A stretch of 64,000 bases of DNA from Promethearchaeota archaeon (GCA_048938005.1 JBHLMQ010000006.1:32001-96000); one strand, 5' to 3'; positions 1 to 10,792 are shown, counted from the stretch's first letter. Notes: generated by a model not told the origin, from the sequence alone. Translations and numbers: made by a program.

Positions 1-67
1 CTACTTCTTGTGAACTTGGGTTATAAAACTCTTTCATTGATTTTTTAAAATCTACTTTCGTTGGCAT
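1..67 (-). CDS. 5' end of a gene running off the window; N-terminus resembles GyrI-like small-molecule-binding proteins
   Basis: ATG at 67 preceded by AGGTGA SD; reads MPTKVDFKKSMKEFYNPSSQEV, open to the window edge. Confidence 0.55.
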   Translation of the reverse strand, partial: MPTKVDFKKSMKEFYNPSSQEV

Positions 68-96
68 TTATATCACCTAAATTTTATAGTTTGAGC

Positions 97-228
97 TTAT
101 TCCCTGGGTTGAAAAGCATTCGCAGGACAATTTTCAACATCAAGTGTAGCGGGAACTTCATGCCCAAAACAATCTCCTTTAGTGTCATCAATTGGTTTAT
201 AAAATTTACAATCTTTGCATTGAGCCAT
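97..228 (-). CDS. 43-aa four-cysteine miniprotein (putative Fe-S/metal binding)
   Basis: Manual translation MAQCKDCKFYKPIDDTKGDCFGHEVPATLDVENCPANAFQPRE*; GTGA upstream; below ORF-track cutoff. Confidence 0.75.
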   Translation of the reverse strand: MAQCKDCKFYKPIDDTKGDCFGHEVPATLDVENCPANAFQPRE

Positions 229-273
229 TATTTAAATCACATCAATTTTTTTTAGATATTAAGATAATAAATG

Positions 274-331
274 ATTTGTGACAATAAAAGATTTATTATA
301 TTACAAAATATATTTAAATAATGTCACAAAT
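274..331. promoter_or_regulatory. Inverted repeat ATTTGTGACA-N38-TGTCACAAAT in divergent promoter; candidate TrmB operator
   Basis: Perfect 10-bp arms at 274-283 and 322-331 flanking an AT-rich TATA-like stretch. Confidence 0.5.
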
Positions 332-372
332 TACTCTAATAACAATAAAGTAAAAATAAAAATTTTAATAAA

Positions 373-1389
373 ATGAATTCATATTTAGTTTCTGTTCTTA
401 ATGAGATTGGGTTTTCTAATATTCAAATAGATATTTACCTATATCTTTTAACACATAAATTTGGAACTATTAATGATATTAAAACAGAACTGAATTATTC
501 TTATACTCAAGTGTATCATAACCTCTTGTATTTAAAAGAAAAAAAGCTTATAGAATCTTCAAAAGATTCAAAACCTAGATTGTTTGTTAGAGTTAATCCT
601 AAGATTGCTTTAACCGAATTAATAAATAAGAAATTCATCACTTTTAAAAAAAATTTAGAGAAAATTGATGAGGAATTTAAAGCCCAAGAGAGTAAATTTG
701 GACGATGTCTTAAGGATATTAGCTTTTATCATTATTCTAGTGCCATCCTTGCTTATGAAAATTTTTACAACTTATTCGAAAAAACCCAAAAGGAGATTAT
801 AATGACCTCTTTACCTCCTTCTATGTTAAAAAGATTAGAACCAAGCCTTTATGAAGCTTATAGGAGGGGGATCAAAATAAAGCTTTATTTTTCATTAATA
901 GATTTTGAAGTAATATCTAATTATCTTGAAATTATCACAGATATTTTAAAAAGAATAAGAATTGAGATAATTCAAACAGAACAAAAAACGTGTCAAGTTG
1001 TTAGATATAATGACGAAATTGTGAATATGGGAAATATCCTTTTAGATGAGAATTATTTGAACTCAATTGTTTTCAAAGAAGATGAGACATTTCATATTGA
1101 TGGTTTTCGAAGTCCCTTCGCAAAACAAGCTAAAAACTATTTAGAAGTGTTAACAATAGTTAAAAGAATAGAAATTGAATATCCTGAACCAATTAAAAGA
1201 ATATTAGATACAATAAAAAATAATAAAATGATAAAGACTAGAGATCTTAGTAGTAAATCAAAATTAGGTGGTGGGAAGTTGAAAGAACTCCTTGAATTTT
1301 TAATTAGTGAAGGTTTAATTGAAGAAACAGTTTCTAAAGGAGAAAAAGCAGGGCGACCTCAACGTATATATTCTATTATAGAAAATTAA
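373..1389 (+). CDS. TrmB-family transcriptional regulator with extra C-terminal wHTH
   Basis: N-terminal HTH (IGFS..QIDIY..L...YTQVY..L..LKEKKLIE...KPRLF), central effector domain, C-terminal wHTH ending GRPQRIY. Confidence 0.85.
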   Translation: MNSYLVSVLNEIGFSNIQIDIYLYLLTHKFGTINDIKTELNYSYTQVYHNLLYLKEKKLIESSKDSKPRLFVRVNPKIALTELINKKFITFKKNLEKIDEEFKAQESKFGRCLKDISFYHYSSAILAYENFYNLFEKTQKEIIMTSLPPSMLKRLEPSLYEAYRRGIKIKLYFSLIDFEVISNYLEIITDILKRIRIEIIQTEQKTCQVVRYNDEIVNMGNILLDENYLNSIVFKEDETFHIDGFRSPFAKQAKNYLEVLTIVKRIEIEYPEPIKRILDTIKNNKMIKTRDLSSKSKLGGGKLKELLEFLISEGLIEETVSKGEKAGRPQRIYSIIEN

Positions 1390-1734
1390 AAGTCATAAAA
1401 TCCTACTATAATCTATAACTTTTTTTTAGGAAATCAACACTTAAATATTTTAGTCGGATATCTCTCCCCTAATAGACAAATTTGTATTATTTTTACAGCT
1501 ATTAGAAAATTGATACAGTGTATTTATTTATTTCTTATAAATCTGAGTATTGAATAATGTCAAAAGCAGTTTCATATTATGATTGGGAATTATCATTCAA
1601 GAATAAATCTAAATCTGAAAAGAATTTAAAAAAGGATAGTTTTAATTCCCTTGGTATGTCTGATAATAATTTTAAAGATTTTATGAAAAAATGGAAAGAA
1701 AAAAACTTTCATTAAAAAAATTGAAAAATTTATT

Positions 1735-3432
1735 TTATACTTCTTCTCCTCGTTTTCTAGCTTCCATATCTTTTAAGTCCTTACGAAGAACTTTACCTAC
1801 TAAAGTTTCTGGGAGCTCTTTTCGAAATTCTATGAATTTTGGCATTTTATAAGGTGCTAGATTTTGTCTTAGGAACTCTTTTATCTCACCTTTAATTTCA
1901 TCTGTCTCACGGTAACCATCTTTTAACACAACATATGCCTTTACTTTTTCACTGCCGCGGAGGTCAGGATCTGGGACACCTATTACAGAAGCATTTTCAA
2001 TAGCTTCATGTTCAAATAAAACATCTTCAAGTTCTCTTGGATAAACCTTGAAGCCGCTAACGATAATCATATCCTTTTTCCTATCCAGTATATATAGATA
2101 GCCATCTTCATCAATTTTCCCAATATCACCAGTTAGAAGCCATCCATCTTTCAATTGATTTGCTGTTTCCTCCGGTTTATTCCAATACCCTTTCATTACT
2201 TGAGGTCCCTTAATCATAATTTCACCTTGCTCACCAATAGGCATAATCTTAGTGTAATCATCGACATCGACAATTCTAGTTTCCGTACTTGGTAAAGCTA
2301 ATCCAACAGAGCCAATTTTCCTTTTTCCACCATATGGATTAACATGAGTTGCGGGTGAAGCTTCAGTCATCCCATATCCTTCAAGAACTGTAGCCCCAGT
2401 TCTTTCTTCGAATTCTTTTAGTACTTCAGGTGGCATAGGAGCTGCACCAGTGTTACAGACTTTAATAGATTTAAGATCTTTTGCATAATCTTCAAGATCA
2501 TCTCGTTCAAGTAAGCGCATATACATAGTTGGTACACCAGGAAAAAATTCAGGATGAGTAGCTTTAATGATTTCAAATAAAGTTTTTTGGTCGCGAGGAT
2601 CAGGAGCTAAAGCAATAGTTACTCCATTGTAAATAAAAAAATTCATACAGACATTCATTCCATAGATATGAAAAAGTGGTAAGGTTGTAAGTACTGTACC
2701 TTTTCCCCTCTCTCCCACAGACTTATTCCATTCGTATATCATAACACAATTAGAGATGAGATTTGAATGTGTAAGCATTGCTCCTTTAGGTAAACCCGTA
2801 GTACCTCCAGTATATTGTAGGACAGCTATTTCTTCATCAGCATTGGTTTCAAATTTAGGTGGTTTTGGTTTTGTTTTATTAACTAATTTTAGAAGTTGAA
2901 TAGTACCACTGATTTCTGGTGGTTCTCTTTGACCAAGTGGATTAGCCATTGGAGCATAGTCAAATACATTGGTTATTATTACATGTCTAAGACGCGTTCT
3001 TTCTTTAATGCTGTTAATTTTTTCAACTTGATTATCCCAAGCTATAATTATTTCAGCCCCAGAATCGTTTAATTGGTAAGCTAATTCGTGTTCAGTATGG
3101 AGTACACTACATGCTGTAACTATTCCTCCTGCTTTTAAAATACCATAGAAACTAAAAAGAAATTGAGGGAAATTTGGCAACATTATAGCAACAACGTCTC
3201 CTTTTTTAACTCCTAAATCTGCTAAAGCTGTGGCAAGTCTATCGGTTATATCCTTGAATTTTTTATATGAAATTTTATGTTCCATGAACCAAATTGCAGT
3301 TTTGCCACCAAATTCTTTTGCTGTATTATCAAGGCACTCATAGACATTAATTTTAGGAAAATCTATTTCAGTTGGAACATCATCGTCATAAAACTTTAAC
3401 CAAGGTTTCGCATCATATGGGTTTTCACTCAT
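1735..3432 (-). CDS. fadD: Long-chain fatty acid--CoA ligase
   Basis: YTGGTTGLPKG, EGYGMTEASP, GWLLTGD, DRKKDMI, GKVLR motifs. Confidence 0.93.
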   Translation of the reverse strand: MSENPYDAKPWLKFYDDDVPTEIDFPKINVYECLDNTAKEFGGKTAIWFMEHKISYKKFKDITDRLATALADLGVKKGDVVAIMLPNFPQFLFSFYGILKAGGIVTACSVLHTEHELAYQLNDSGAEIIIAWDNQVEKINSIKERTRLRHVIITNVFDYAPMANPLGQREPPEISGTIQLLKLVNKTKPKPPKFETNADEEIAVLQYTGGTTGLPKGAMLTHSNLISNCVMIYEWNKSVGERGKGTVLTTLPLFHIYGMNVCMNFFIYNGVTIALAPDPRDQKTLFEIIKATHPEFFPGVPTMYMRLLERDDLEDYAKDLKSIKVCNTGAAPMPPEVLKEFEERTGATVLEGYGMTEASPATHVNPYGGKRKIGSVGLALPSTETRIVDVDDYTKIMPIGEQGEIMIKGPQVMKGYWNKPEETANQLKDGWLLTGDIGKIDEDGYLYILDRKKDMIIVSGFKVYPRELEDVLFEHEAIENASVIGVPDPDLRGSEKVKAYVVLKDGYRETDEIKGEIKEFLRQNLAPYKMPKFIEFRKELPETLVGKVLRKDLKDMEARKRGEEV

Positions 3433-3633
3433 TTTTAATCAATTACTTTTAAATTATCTCGTTATATTAATTTAAACAATTAAATATTATATTATATTTA
3501 AAAACTATTAAATGTTTTATTGAACAAGAAAATATTATTGTAAAATATTATTGGAATAGGTATAATATTGCTATAGATTTATTAAAAAATCTAAATCTAT
3601 AAAAATTAGAGTTACAAAAAAAACCTTATAATT

Positions 3634-4227
3634 TTAATATTCAGAAATTTGGTCTAAGGCTTCTAAAGCTACAGTTGCAACTAGATCAGATTTATCATGA
3701 AGTAAAGACTTTAAAGCAGTAATAACTTTAGGGTCTTCTGGGTTTATTTTTGCTAGAGCTTCAACTGCGCGCCACCTAACAACAGGATTCTTATCTTCTA
3801 ATGCCTTTATTAATGAAGAAACAGCTGAAGTAGCGGAGGAACCTAATTTCCCCAAAGAAAGGGCTGCTTCTCTTCGTATAATATATTTTGGATCAACTAG
3901 AGCATATTCTAAAGCTGAAATAGCTTCTTCTGAATTTATTCCTATTTTCCCTAAAGTTCTTACTATTTCAACACGATACTGATTTTTTAAATCCCATATA
4001 AAGTATATCCGGATTAAAAGACCAATAATAGCGATTATTAATCCTAATAGTATTATTGATGGCCCTATGATAAAATAATATACATAATGATATTTGGCTG
4101 GCCATGAATAGAAAGCAGCATGGTAAGGAAACAAGAGATATTCCAAAACTGCCGCAATAACCACAATTAAACTAACAATAGTAGTTTTATTTAAACTTCT
4201 CAATTTTAAACACCAATTTTTATTCAT
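3634..4227 (-). CDS. Membrane-anchored HEAT-repeat (PBS lyase-type) protein
   Basis: Two N-terminal TM helices then L.D....VR..A..AL repeats. Confidence 0.85.
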   Translation of the reverse strand: MNKNWCLKLRSLNKTTIVSLIVVIAAVLEYLLFPYHAAFYSWPAKYHYVYYFIIGPSIILLGLIIAIIGLLIRIYFIWDLKNQYRVEIVRTLGKIGINSEEAISALEYALVDPKYIIRREAALSLGKLGSSATSAVSSLIKALEDKNPVVRWRAVEALAKINPEDPKVITALKSLLHDKSDLVATVALEALDQISEY

Positions 4228-5281
4228 TCAATTTCTTTTTTAATAAATTAGATTTAGAGTACAAACGCTCTCTTCTATAATCAATATCTTCTTCTTTAGA
4301 TTTCAAGATTCTAATTAAAGTTGGGATAGCATCTTTAGCATCAGCACCAATTGCGCCTATAGCAGATATGATCAGTTTTTGAATATCCATATCAGAGCTT
4401 TCAAGTGCTTCCAATAAAGCTGATACAGATTCTTTACCAATATTACTAAGCGCATTAGCAGCTTTTCCACGAACACCTTCATCTTTATCATTAAGCATTG
4501 TTGCTAATTTTTTGATTATCATCGGATCTGGTATCTTTAATTCTCCAAGAGCTTCCAATACTCCTTTCCTAACTATTGGATTGTAGTGTTCCAAGTATGC
4601 TAAAAGGCTTGGAACAGCACCAATTCCAATTTGAGAAAGAGTAGATATTATTGCTTTTCGAACTCTCCAATCTTTATCACCAAGCGCTTTAAGTAATGAT
4701 GGAATAGCTTTTCGTGTTCCCTTCCCAATATCTGATAATGCGGTCACCGCTGCTGCTCTAACGGACCAATTTTGATCCTTTATACTATTTAATAAGTCTG
4801 AAATGGCTACATGAGCATCAGGACCAATTTTTCCAAGAGATTCTGCAGCTTCTTTTCGAACTGCCTCACTATCATCATTTAATCCTTTAATCAGGCTAAA
4901 AATAGCCTCTTCTGAAGGATATCCGATTTTTCCTAGTGCTATTGCCGTTTCTTTTCTAATTGATTCCTCTTCATTTTCTATTAATTTTGATAATTGCGCT
5001 ACCCCATTCTCCGCAATATTCCCCATCTTTCCAAGTGATCGGACTGCTTCACGGCATATACTCCAATCATTGTCTTCTAAACATTCTACTAACTTGAAGA
5101 GCGCAGAACTTGATTTTTCAGCTAATTCTCCTAAAGCATAAATTGCATTGAATTTGATAGACCTAATTTCACTATCTAAATGACCAATAATTTCTTCTAT
5201 AATTGTTGGATCTTTTTCAACTCTAGCAAGAACTAAATCTATTCTCGCATCTCTTAATAATTTTTCTAAAGGAGCAGACAC
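4220..5281 (-). CDS. HEAT-repeat (PBS lyase-type) protein
   Basis: About 9-10 repeats of ~31 aa, LxDxxxxVRxxAAxxLGxIG. Confidence 0.9.
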   Translation of the reverse strand: MSAPLEKLLRDARIDLVLARVEKDPTIIEEIIGHLDSEIRSIKFNAIYALGELAEKSSSALFKLVECLEDNDWSICREAVRSLGKMGNIAENGVAQLSKLIENEEESIRKETAIALGKIGYPSEEAIFSLIKGLNDDSEAVRKEAAESLGKIGPDAHVAISDLLNSIKDQNWSVRAAAVTALSDIGKGTRKAIPSLLKALGDKDWRVRKAIISTLSQIGIGAVPSLLAYLEHYNPIVRKGVLEALGELKIPDPMIIKKLATMLNDKDEGVRGKAANALSNIGKESVSALLEALESSDMDIQKLIISAIGAIGADAKDAIPTLIRILKSKEEDIDYRRERLYSKSNLLKKKLNE

Positions 5282-5293
5282 TTTTAATTCACC

Positions 5294-6043
5294 TTAAATT
5301 CCTAAATAAACTTTTTTTATTCTGGGTTCCTTTTCTAGTTCCTGTTTTGTACCTCTCATCTCTATCTTTCCTTCTTCCAATACATGAATGTACTCTGCCG
5401 CATCAAATGCTAGAACAGCATCTTGTTCAACTAACAGTGTCGTTGTACCAGTTTCTTTGATTTGATCAATTGAATCAAATATTATTTTCTTAAATAATGG
5501 AGCCAAGCCCAATGACGGTTCATCAAGTAATAAAAGCTCTGGATTTGCCATTATTGCTCGACCTAGGGCAAGCATTTGTTGTTCTCCTCCGCTAAGAGTT
5601 TCCGCTCGCTGTTTTTTTCTTTCTTTTAGACGAGGAAACATTTTAAATACAAATTCCAAGAGTTCATTGTATTTTTCTCTATCTTTTAATGAAAAAGCAC
5701 CCATTTGAAGATTTTCGAGAACTGTCATATCATAGAAGAGTTTACGTCGTTCAGGGCACTGAGATATACCCATTCGTGCAATTTTATATGCATCCTCTTC
5801 ATCTATTCGTTTTCCCTTAAATAATATTTTACCTCTATCTATCTCTTCTAATCCAGAAATAGCCCGAAGTAAAGTAGTTTTCCCCGCTCCATTAGGGCCA
5901 ATGACTGCCTCAAGTGCTTGTTTTTCAAGACTTAAATTCACCTCTTCCAGCGCTCGAGCCTTTTCATAGTAATGATAGACCTTTCTCAATTCAATAACTT
6001 TATTTGTATCTTCTATAGGTGTGGATTTCTTTCGATTTCTCAT
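5294..6043 (-). CDS. livF: Branched-chain amino acid ABC transporter ATPase
   Basis: GPNGAGKTT, LSGGEQQMLA, LLLDEPSLGLAP, LLVEQ. Confidence 0.93.
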   Translation of the reverse strand: MRNRKKSTPIEDTNKVIELRKVYHYYEKARALEEVNLSLEKQALEAVIGPNGAGKTTLLRAISGLEEIDRGKILFKGKRIDEEDAYKIARMGISQCPERRKLFYDMTVLENLQMGAFSLKDREKYNELLEFVFKMFPRLKERKKQRAETLSGGEQQMLALGRAIMANPELLLLDEPSLGLAPLFKKIIFDSIDQIKETGTTTLLVEQDAVLAFDAAEYIHVLEEGKIEMRGTKQELEKEPRIKKVYLGI

Positions 6044-6047
6044 AATT

Positions 6048-6776
6048 TTAACCTCTTCCTAAATATGCTTCTACTACAATTTTAATATTAGCGACCTCTT
6101 TTGGAGGTCCATCTGCGATTAACTTACCTTGGTGCATAACAAGTACTCTTGGAACTAAAGCCATGAGCTCTCGTAATACATGTCCCGCTATTAAAATGGT
6201 GTATCCTTCTTCATTCAATTGCTTAATTAATTCAACTATGACCATTTGTTCTTCATATGATAGACCACTAAAAGGTTCGTCGAGAAGGAGTAATTCAGGA
6301 TTGGAAGCAAGTGCCCTAGCAATTTCAAGCTTTTTCAAATCACCGAAAGGTAGAATTACCGGGGGTATTCTTGCTTTATCTACTAATCCCACAGACGCAA
6401 GGATCGAACTCGCAAGTTGATTGATTCCAATAATCTCACTCATTGTTTTACCTCTTGGAGACATACATCCAACTATAACATTATCAAGACAGGTGAGATA
6501 TTTTAAAGGTCTGACTACTTGAAATGTTCTCGCTATTCCATATTTAACTCTTTTGTGAACACTAAATTTCGTAATATTTACACCATGAAGCCATATAGAT
6601 CCTGCATTAGGTTTTTCTGATCCAGCAATTAAATTAAATAATGTAGTTTTTCCTGCACCATTTGGTCCTATTAAACCGACAAGGGCACCACGCTCTACAT
6701 CAAAACTTACATCATTTACAGCAGTTAATCCTCCAAATCTTTTTGTTAAATTCTTTATTTGTAAAATTATTGCCAT
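6048..6776 (-). CDS. livG: Branched-chain amino acid ABC transporter ATPase
   Basis: FGGLTAV, GPNGAGKTTLFN, ARTFQ, LEIARALA, EAYLG. Confidence 0.92.
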   Translation of the reverse strand: MAIILQIKNLTKRFGGLTAVNDVSFDVERGALVGLIGPNGAGKTTLFNLIAGSEKPNAGSIWLHGVNITKFSVHKRVKYGIARTFQVVRPLKYLTCLDNVIVGCMSPRGKTMSEIIGINQLASSILASVGLVDKARIPPVILPFGDLKKLEIARALASNPELLLLDEPFSGLSYEEQMVIVELIKQLNEEGYTILIAGHVLRELMALVPRVLVMHQGKLIADGPPKEVANIKIVVEAYLGRG

Positions 6777-6815
6777 AGCTTTTTCCTCTTCTATTATTTT
6801 AGTTTTTTAATTTAA

Positions 6816-7964
6816 TTATTTTCCTAAAAGAATATCCCACAAGGTTTTTGTATGCTTTATTGCAGGTTCCATAATCCCCCGCTCCGTAAATCTAATAATT
6901 ATCAACAAAATAATTGCGAAAATAAACGCTGCTATAGTTTCAAAGTAAATCTGGAGTTCTGAAGGAAGAAATAATGAAAAAATTTCACTAATAGCTTTAG
7001 TTAATAATGTGAAAGTATATGCGCCCATTACAGCCCCAGAAATTGATGCAATCCCCCCTAAACATGTAAAAACTACCGGATAAAATGATAATGTAGTTGA
7101 AAACGAGAAGAACGTTACTAAACCACGGCGAAGTGTAAATAGAACACCAGCTAAACCTGCAAAAAATGAACTTATCATAAATGAGAATAATTTATACTTG
7201 GTGATATTAATCCCAGAAGCTTGAGTGGCATACTCATCATCGCGTATTCCTTGAAATATCTTACCAAGTCTGGAATTGTAAATAACAAGCATAATAACTA
7301 CACTTATAGTCATAAAAGCAAAAATAATGAAAAATTCTCTCAATATATTGCTTCTATACCAGAAATCTAATGTAAGGGGTAATTCTAGTTGATCTATGTT
7401 TAATTCGGGATATTGTAAAAGATAATAAAATAATAAACTAAATGCTAAGGTACCTAATGCTAAATAAGGTCCTTTAAGTCTAAGAGATGGAATTGCGATT
7501 ATTAACCCTACTAATACTGTTAATATTGCAGCAATAAATATAGCCAAGACCCAATTGATTTGAAACCCGAGCAACCAGGCAAAAGCATAACCACCAATCC
7601 CAAGAAAAGCAGCGTGACCAAAACTAACTTGTCCAGTAACTCCAGCTAATAAATCCCAACTAGCAGCATAAATGGAATATATCATTGCTACTATGAAAAG
7701 ATGATAATATTCAGCCGTATTTAAAATTAAAGGAAAAATGAGAGAAAAACCAAAGCAAAACAGAATTATCCCACCCCTAAATGATGTAATCCAACTTTTA
7801 AAGTTGTCTCTTGCTGCGGGAATTTTATAGTCCACGAATTTTCCTGTTCCCGTAATTATTCTTCTATAAAAGTTTTTAAAGGGTTCCCAAATTGGAAAAT
7901 GAGTTTTAACCTTTAATTCCTCAATTTCCTCAGGTTTTAATATAATTTCTTCTTTTTCAGCCAT
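6816..7964 (-). CDS. livM: Branched-chain amino acid ABC transporter permease
   Basis: GQVSFGHAAFLGIGGY, LRLKGPYLALGTLAF, IRDDE motifs. Confidence 0.92.
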   Translation of the reverse strand: MAEKEEIILKPEEIEELKVKTHFPIWEPFKNFYRRIITGTGKFVDYKIPAARDNFKSWITSFRGGIILFCFGFSLIFPLILNTAEYYHLFIVAMIYSIYAASWDLLAGVTGQVSFGHAAFLGIGGYAFAWLLGFQINWVLAIFIAAILTVLVGLIIAIPSLRLKGPYLALGTLAFSLLFYYLLQYPELNIDQLELPLTLDFWYRSNILREFFIIFAFMTISVVIMLVIYNSRLGKIFQGIRDDEYATQASGINITKYKLFSFMISSFFAGLAGVLFTLRRGLVTFFSFSTTLSFYPVVFTCLGGIASISGAVMGAYTFTLLTKAISEIFSLFLPSELQIYFETIAAFIFAIILLIIIRFTERGIMEPAIKHTKTLWDILLGK

Positions 7965-8000
7965 TTTTATCGTGTCTCCTTTTACTTACCTTATATTTAA

Positions 8001-8897
8001 TTATATTTTTTCTTTCTTTCCTAATATTCCTCGAGGTCTAATCATTAGCATTACTATTATAACGATAAGATACAAAATACTAGATAAATTGAAATATGGG
8101 TCAATAAAATATTGGCAAATGTATGTAGCGAATGAAAGAATAAACGCACCAATCACTGTTCCAGGAATACTTCCCATCCCTCCTAGAATTACCACTGACA
8201 TAGATAATAATAAGAAATGCCAACCACTCGCCATATCTAATGGTTCTTCAGGTACATATAGAAACGCAGCAAATCCAGCTAGAAAAGCAGACAGAGTCAC
8301 CGTAAATAATAGTACACTATCGATGTTTATCCCCATTAGTTGAGCAGCATCTTGGTCTTGTGAAACAGCCCTTATTGCTTTGCCAAATCTAGATTTCTTT
8401 ATAAATATTATTAACAAAACAATGACAACCGATGATATTATCATAATAAATATTTCATGATAACTGAATAAGATACCAAAAATACTAACAGCCCCAGAGA
8501 TGAATGAAGGAAATTGGAGAAATGTATAACCTGGCACAAGATGTTCGATTAACATTATTGTCTGTTGAATAAGAAAACCCAATGCAAATGTTGCAATCAT
8601 TACCATTATTTCATTATCACGAAATGGCTTTATAAGTGCGAAATAACTAAGTGCTCCAATTACTGTAATTATTGTTAGACCTAGAAATACTCCAAGCGCA
8701 TAATCCAATCCAAGATATTCAGGACTAGTAAAACTAAAGATAAGATAGCCGGTAAGAAAATAAAACATTCCATGACTCAAATTAATAACACCCCCAACGC
8801 CATAGACTAAAGAATAACCTAAAGAGATTATGGCTAAAATTAGCCCTAAACTGCTTCCAAAAATCAGAATTTCAATTATATCAGTAAAAAATGTCAA
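8001..8897 (-). CDS. livH: Branched-chain amino acid ABC transporter permease
   Basis: GYSLVYGVGGVINLSHG, GKAIRAVSQD..AA.LMGI, RPRGILG. Confidence 0.92.
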   Translation of the reverse strand: MTFFTDIIEILIFGSSLGLILAIISLGYSLVYGVGGVINLSHGMFYFLTGYLIFSFTSPEYLGLDYALGVFLGLTIITVIGALSYFALIKPFRDNEIMVMIATFALGFLIQQTIMLIEHLVPGYTFLQFPSFISGAVSIFGILFSYHEIFIMIISSVVIVLLIIFIKKSRFGKAIRAVSQDQDAAQLMGINIDSVLLFTVTLSAFLAGFAAFLYVPEEPLDMASGWHFLLLSMSVVILGGMGSIPGTVIGAFILSFATYICQYFIDPYFNLSSILYLIVIIVMLMIRPRGILGKKEKI

Positions 8898-9077
8898 ATC
8901 GAATCAATCTTTTAAGTGTTTGTAATAATTATATTAATTTTAGTTATTAATTAAAATTGGTTAAAAAACCTTTTGATTTTTAATTTTCCCTTAATGTAAA
9001 AATTCAATGAGATTACGCCAACGCGTTGAAAGAATATAAAAAAAAAATTTTTTAAATTTTAATTTAATTTAGTTAAG

Positions 9078-10610
9078 TTAATGTACACCAGGTAGCCACC
9101 AATGAGGAAACATTATTTCGTTGCTGTATGCTGTTTGGTTTAAGGGTATACCAAACTTTAGACCTATCGTGGGATATGTCACTGTGTCAAGAGGACCTTC
9201 TAAATTGGAAAAATAGCCAGGATGTCTTGTTTCATTTCCGTAATCCCATCCTGGAACGAGAGGACAAGTTTGATACATATATTGATTTGGATTCGAAAGA
9301 TTTAGAGGTTGCCACTGACGGAATTGATTTTCGCCCCATCCAACAGGCAGGCTTCCATTTTGAGGTAATATATCATGAGCTTCATCAAATCCTATAAATT
9401 GGTTAAGTCCTTGATATGGATTTGAGTAATCTAATTGCTCCAAAGCAAGAACAAGTTCATCACCATTTAAAATTTTATCCGCCGCTACCATTAAATCAAC
9501 AATTATATTAATACCATTAGCACCATTCCAGGTTGTATAGATTGGAGATTCTCCCCATTTTACGAAGTATTCCTCCAGAAAAGGTAATATATACGGAGTA
9601 CCATTGTTATATGAAAAACCATGGGAAGTAATTTCATACAATCCAGCATGTACTTTATAGCCAGCATTGTAAGTATATAATGGATATACGTCAAATTGTG
9701 CCATAACATTGATGCCTGCCACAAGAGCATTTGGGTGATAAAGACCGTAGCGTGCTCCGAAATTTGCTCCAACAGTTGGATCTGAGATTATTGGAACTAT
9801 TAAATGAGATTTGGATCCTGCTATGGTATACCACATTGTATCATAATCAAATGCGATTCCACCAGCAGGAATTTCTTTTAATATCATTGTAATACCTGGG
9901 TTTTTAGCTTGAACTGTTGCTATAAATTCATCTCTAACGTCTCCAACCCAAATAAGTTTCTCATATACAACTGTAATATTTTCAACTGGATATCCCATAT
10001 GGTTAGAAATGTTTCCTAAAAGTCTGTTATTTACATAATTTCCTATAATTACTCCCATTCTTTGATTATTAAGCGGACCCAACCGAAATGTATAATTATA
10101 TATTTCAGGCTGATTTTTCACTCTTACCCAACACCAATCTCTCGTTGCGGTACCGGTTATAAGAAAAGGAACGTGACCACCCATTGCTATAGTTTGGTAA
10201 TCCGAAAAAACTTCAGAACGGAAACCTCCCAGCATAGCATGAGGTGCATGTTCAATCATCGCATATGTAGCGGCCTCTGCTGTATCAAAATCATATGCTG
10301 CTTCTTTCGTATCTTCTGCCACCATGCCAACCCAATAGTTTACACCACCTATCTCTACACCACCACCTAAATTAATTCGGCGCGCTGCTATATACATTCC
10401 ACCCCAAGCTCCTTCACCGCTCCAACTCATATCATCGAGAAGTCCGAATTTAATCGTATTGCTCAATGGTTTTTTTGAGGGTTCAAGGCCTGGATATATA
10501 AAAGGATTTTCTGCTCCGGGAGCAAGGAAAAACCATGCTCCTACACCGATTCCCACGCCTATAACGGCAATAAGAACAATAGCTAGAATTCTTTTTGTTA
10601 AAGCTTCCAT
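9078..10610 (-). CDS. Liv-type ABC substrate-binding protein, N-terminal membrane anchor
   Basis: N-terminal TM, IKFGLL...IN..GGV...EDT...GGFRSE pattern; first gene of liv operon; ATG at 10610 preferred to GTG at 10622. Confidence 0.8.
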   Translation of the reverse strand: MEALTKRILAIVLIAVIGVGIGVGAWFFLAPGAENPFIYPGLEPSKKPLSNTIKFGLLDDMSWSGEGAWGGMYIAARRINLGGGVEIGGVNYWVGMVAEDTKEAAYDFDTAEAATYAMIEHAPHAMLGGFRSEVFSDYQTIAMGGHVPFLITGTATRDWCWVRVKNQPEIYNYTFRLGPLNNQRMGVIIGNYVNNRLLGNISNHMGYPVENITVVYEKLIWVGDVRDEFIATVQAKNPGITMILKEIPAGGIAFDYDTMWYTIAGSKSHLIVPIISDPTVGANFGARYGLYHPNALVAGINVMAQFDVYPLYTYNAGYKVHAGLYEITSHGFSYNNGTPYILPFLEEYFVKWGESPIYTTWNGANGINIIVDLMVAADKILNGDELVLALEQLDYSNPYQGLNQFIGFDEAHDILPQNGSLPVGWGENQFRQWQPLNLSNPNQYMYQTCPLVPGWDYGNETRHPGYFSNLEGPLDTVTYPTIGLKFGIPLNQTAYSNEIMFPHWWLPGVH

Positions 10611-10792
10611 AAAATAGATCACTTCTTATTTTATTTTTTTATATTTTTTATTTAAATTTAGATTTACAAGTACTATCTCATTTTAACATATATATAAAGT
10701 TTTCAACTTTTTATATCCAAAATCAGCATATATATATAAAAATTTGTAAAAACCATTCAAAAAAATGATCTACATTATTATTTAATTAATAC

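Noticed and set aside
61-255. 64-aa plus-strand ORF from the track
   Set aside because: Shadow of the minus-strand Cys miniprotein and its neighbour, which have SD motifs
9015-9028. CAACGCGTTG palindrome between the liv SBP and livH
   Set aside because: Single short dyad with no supporting copies
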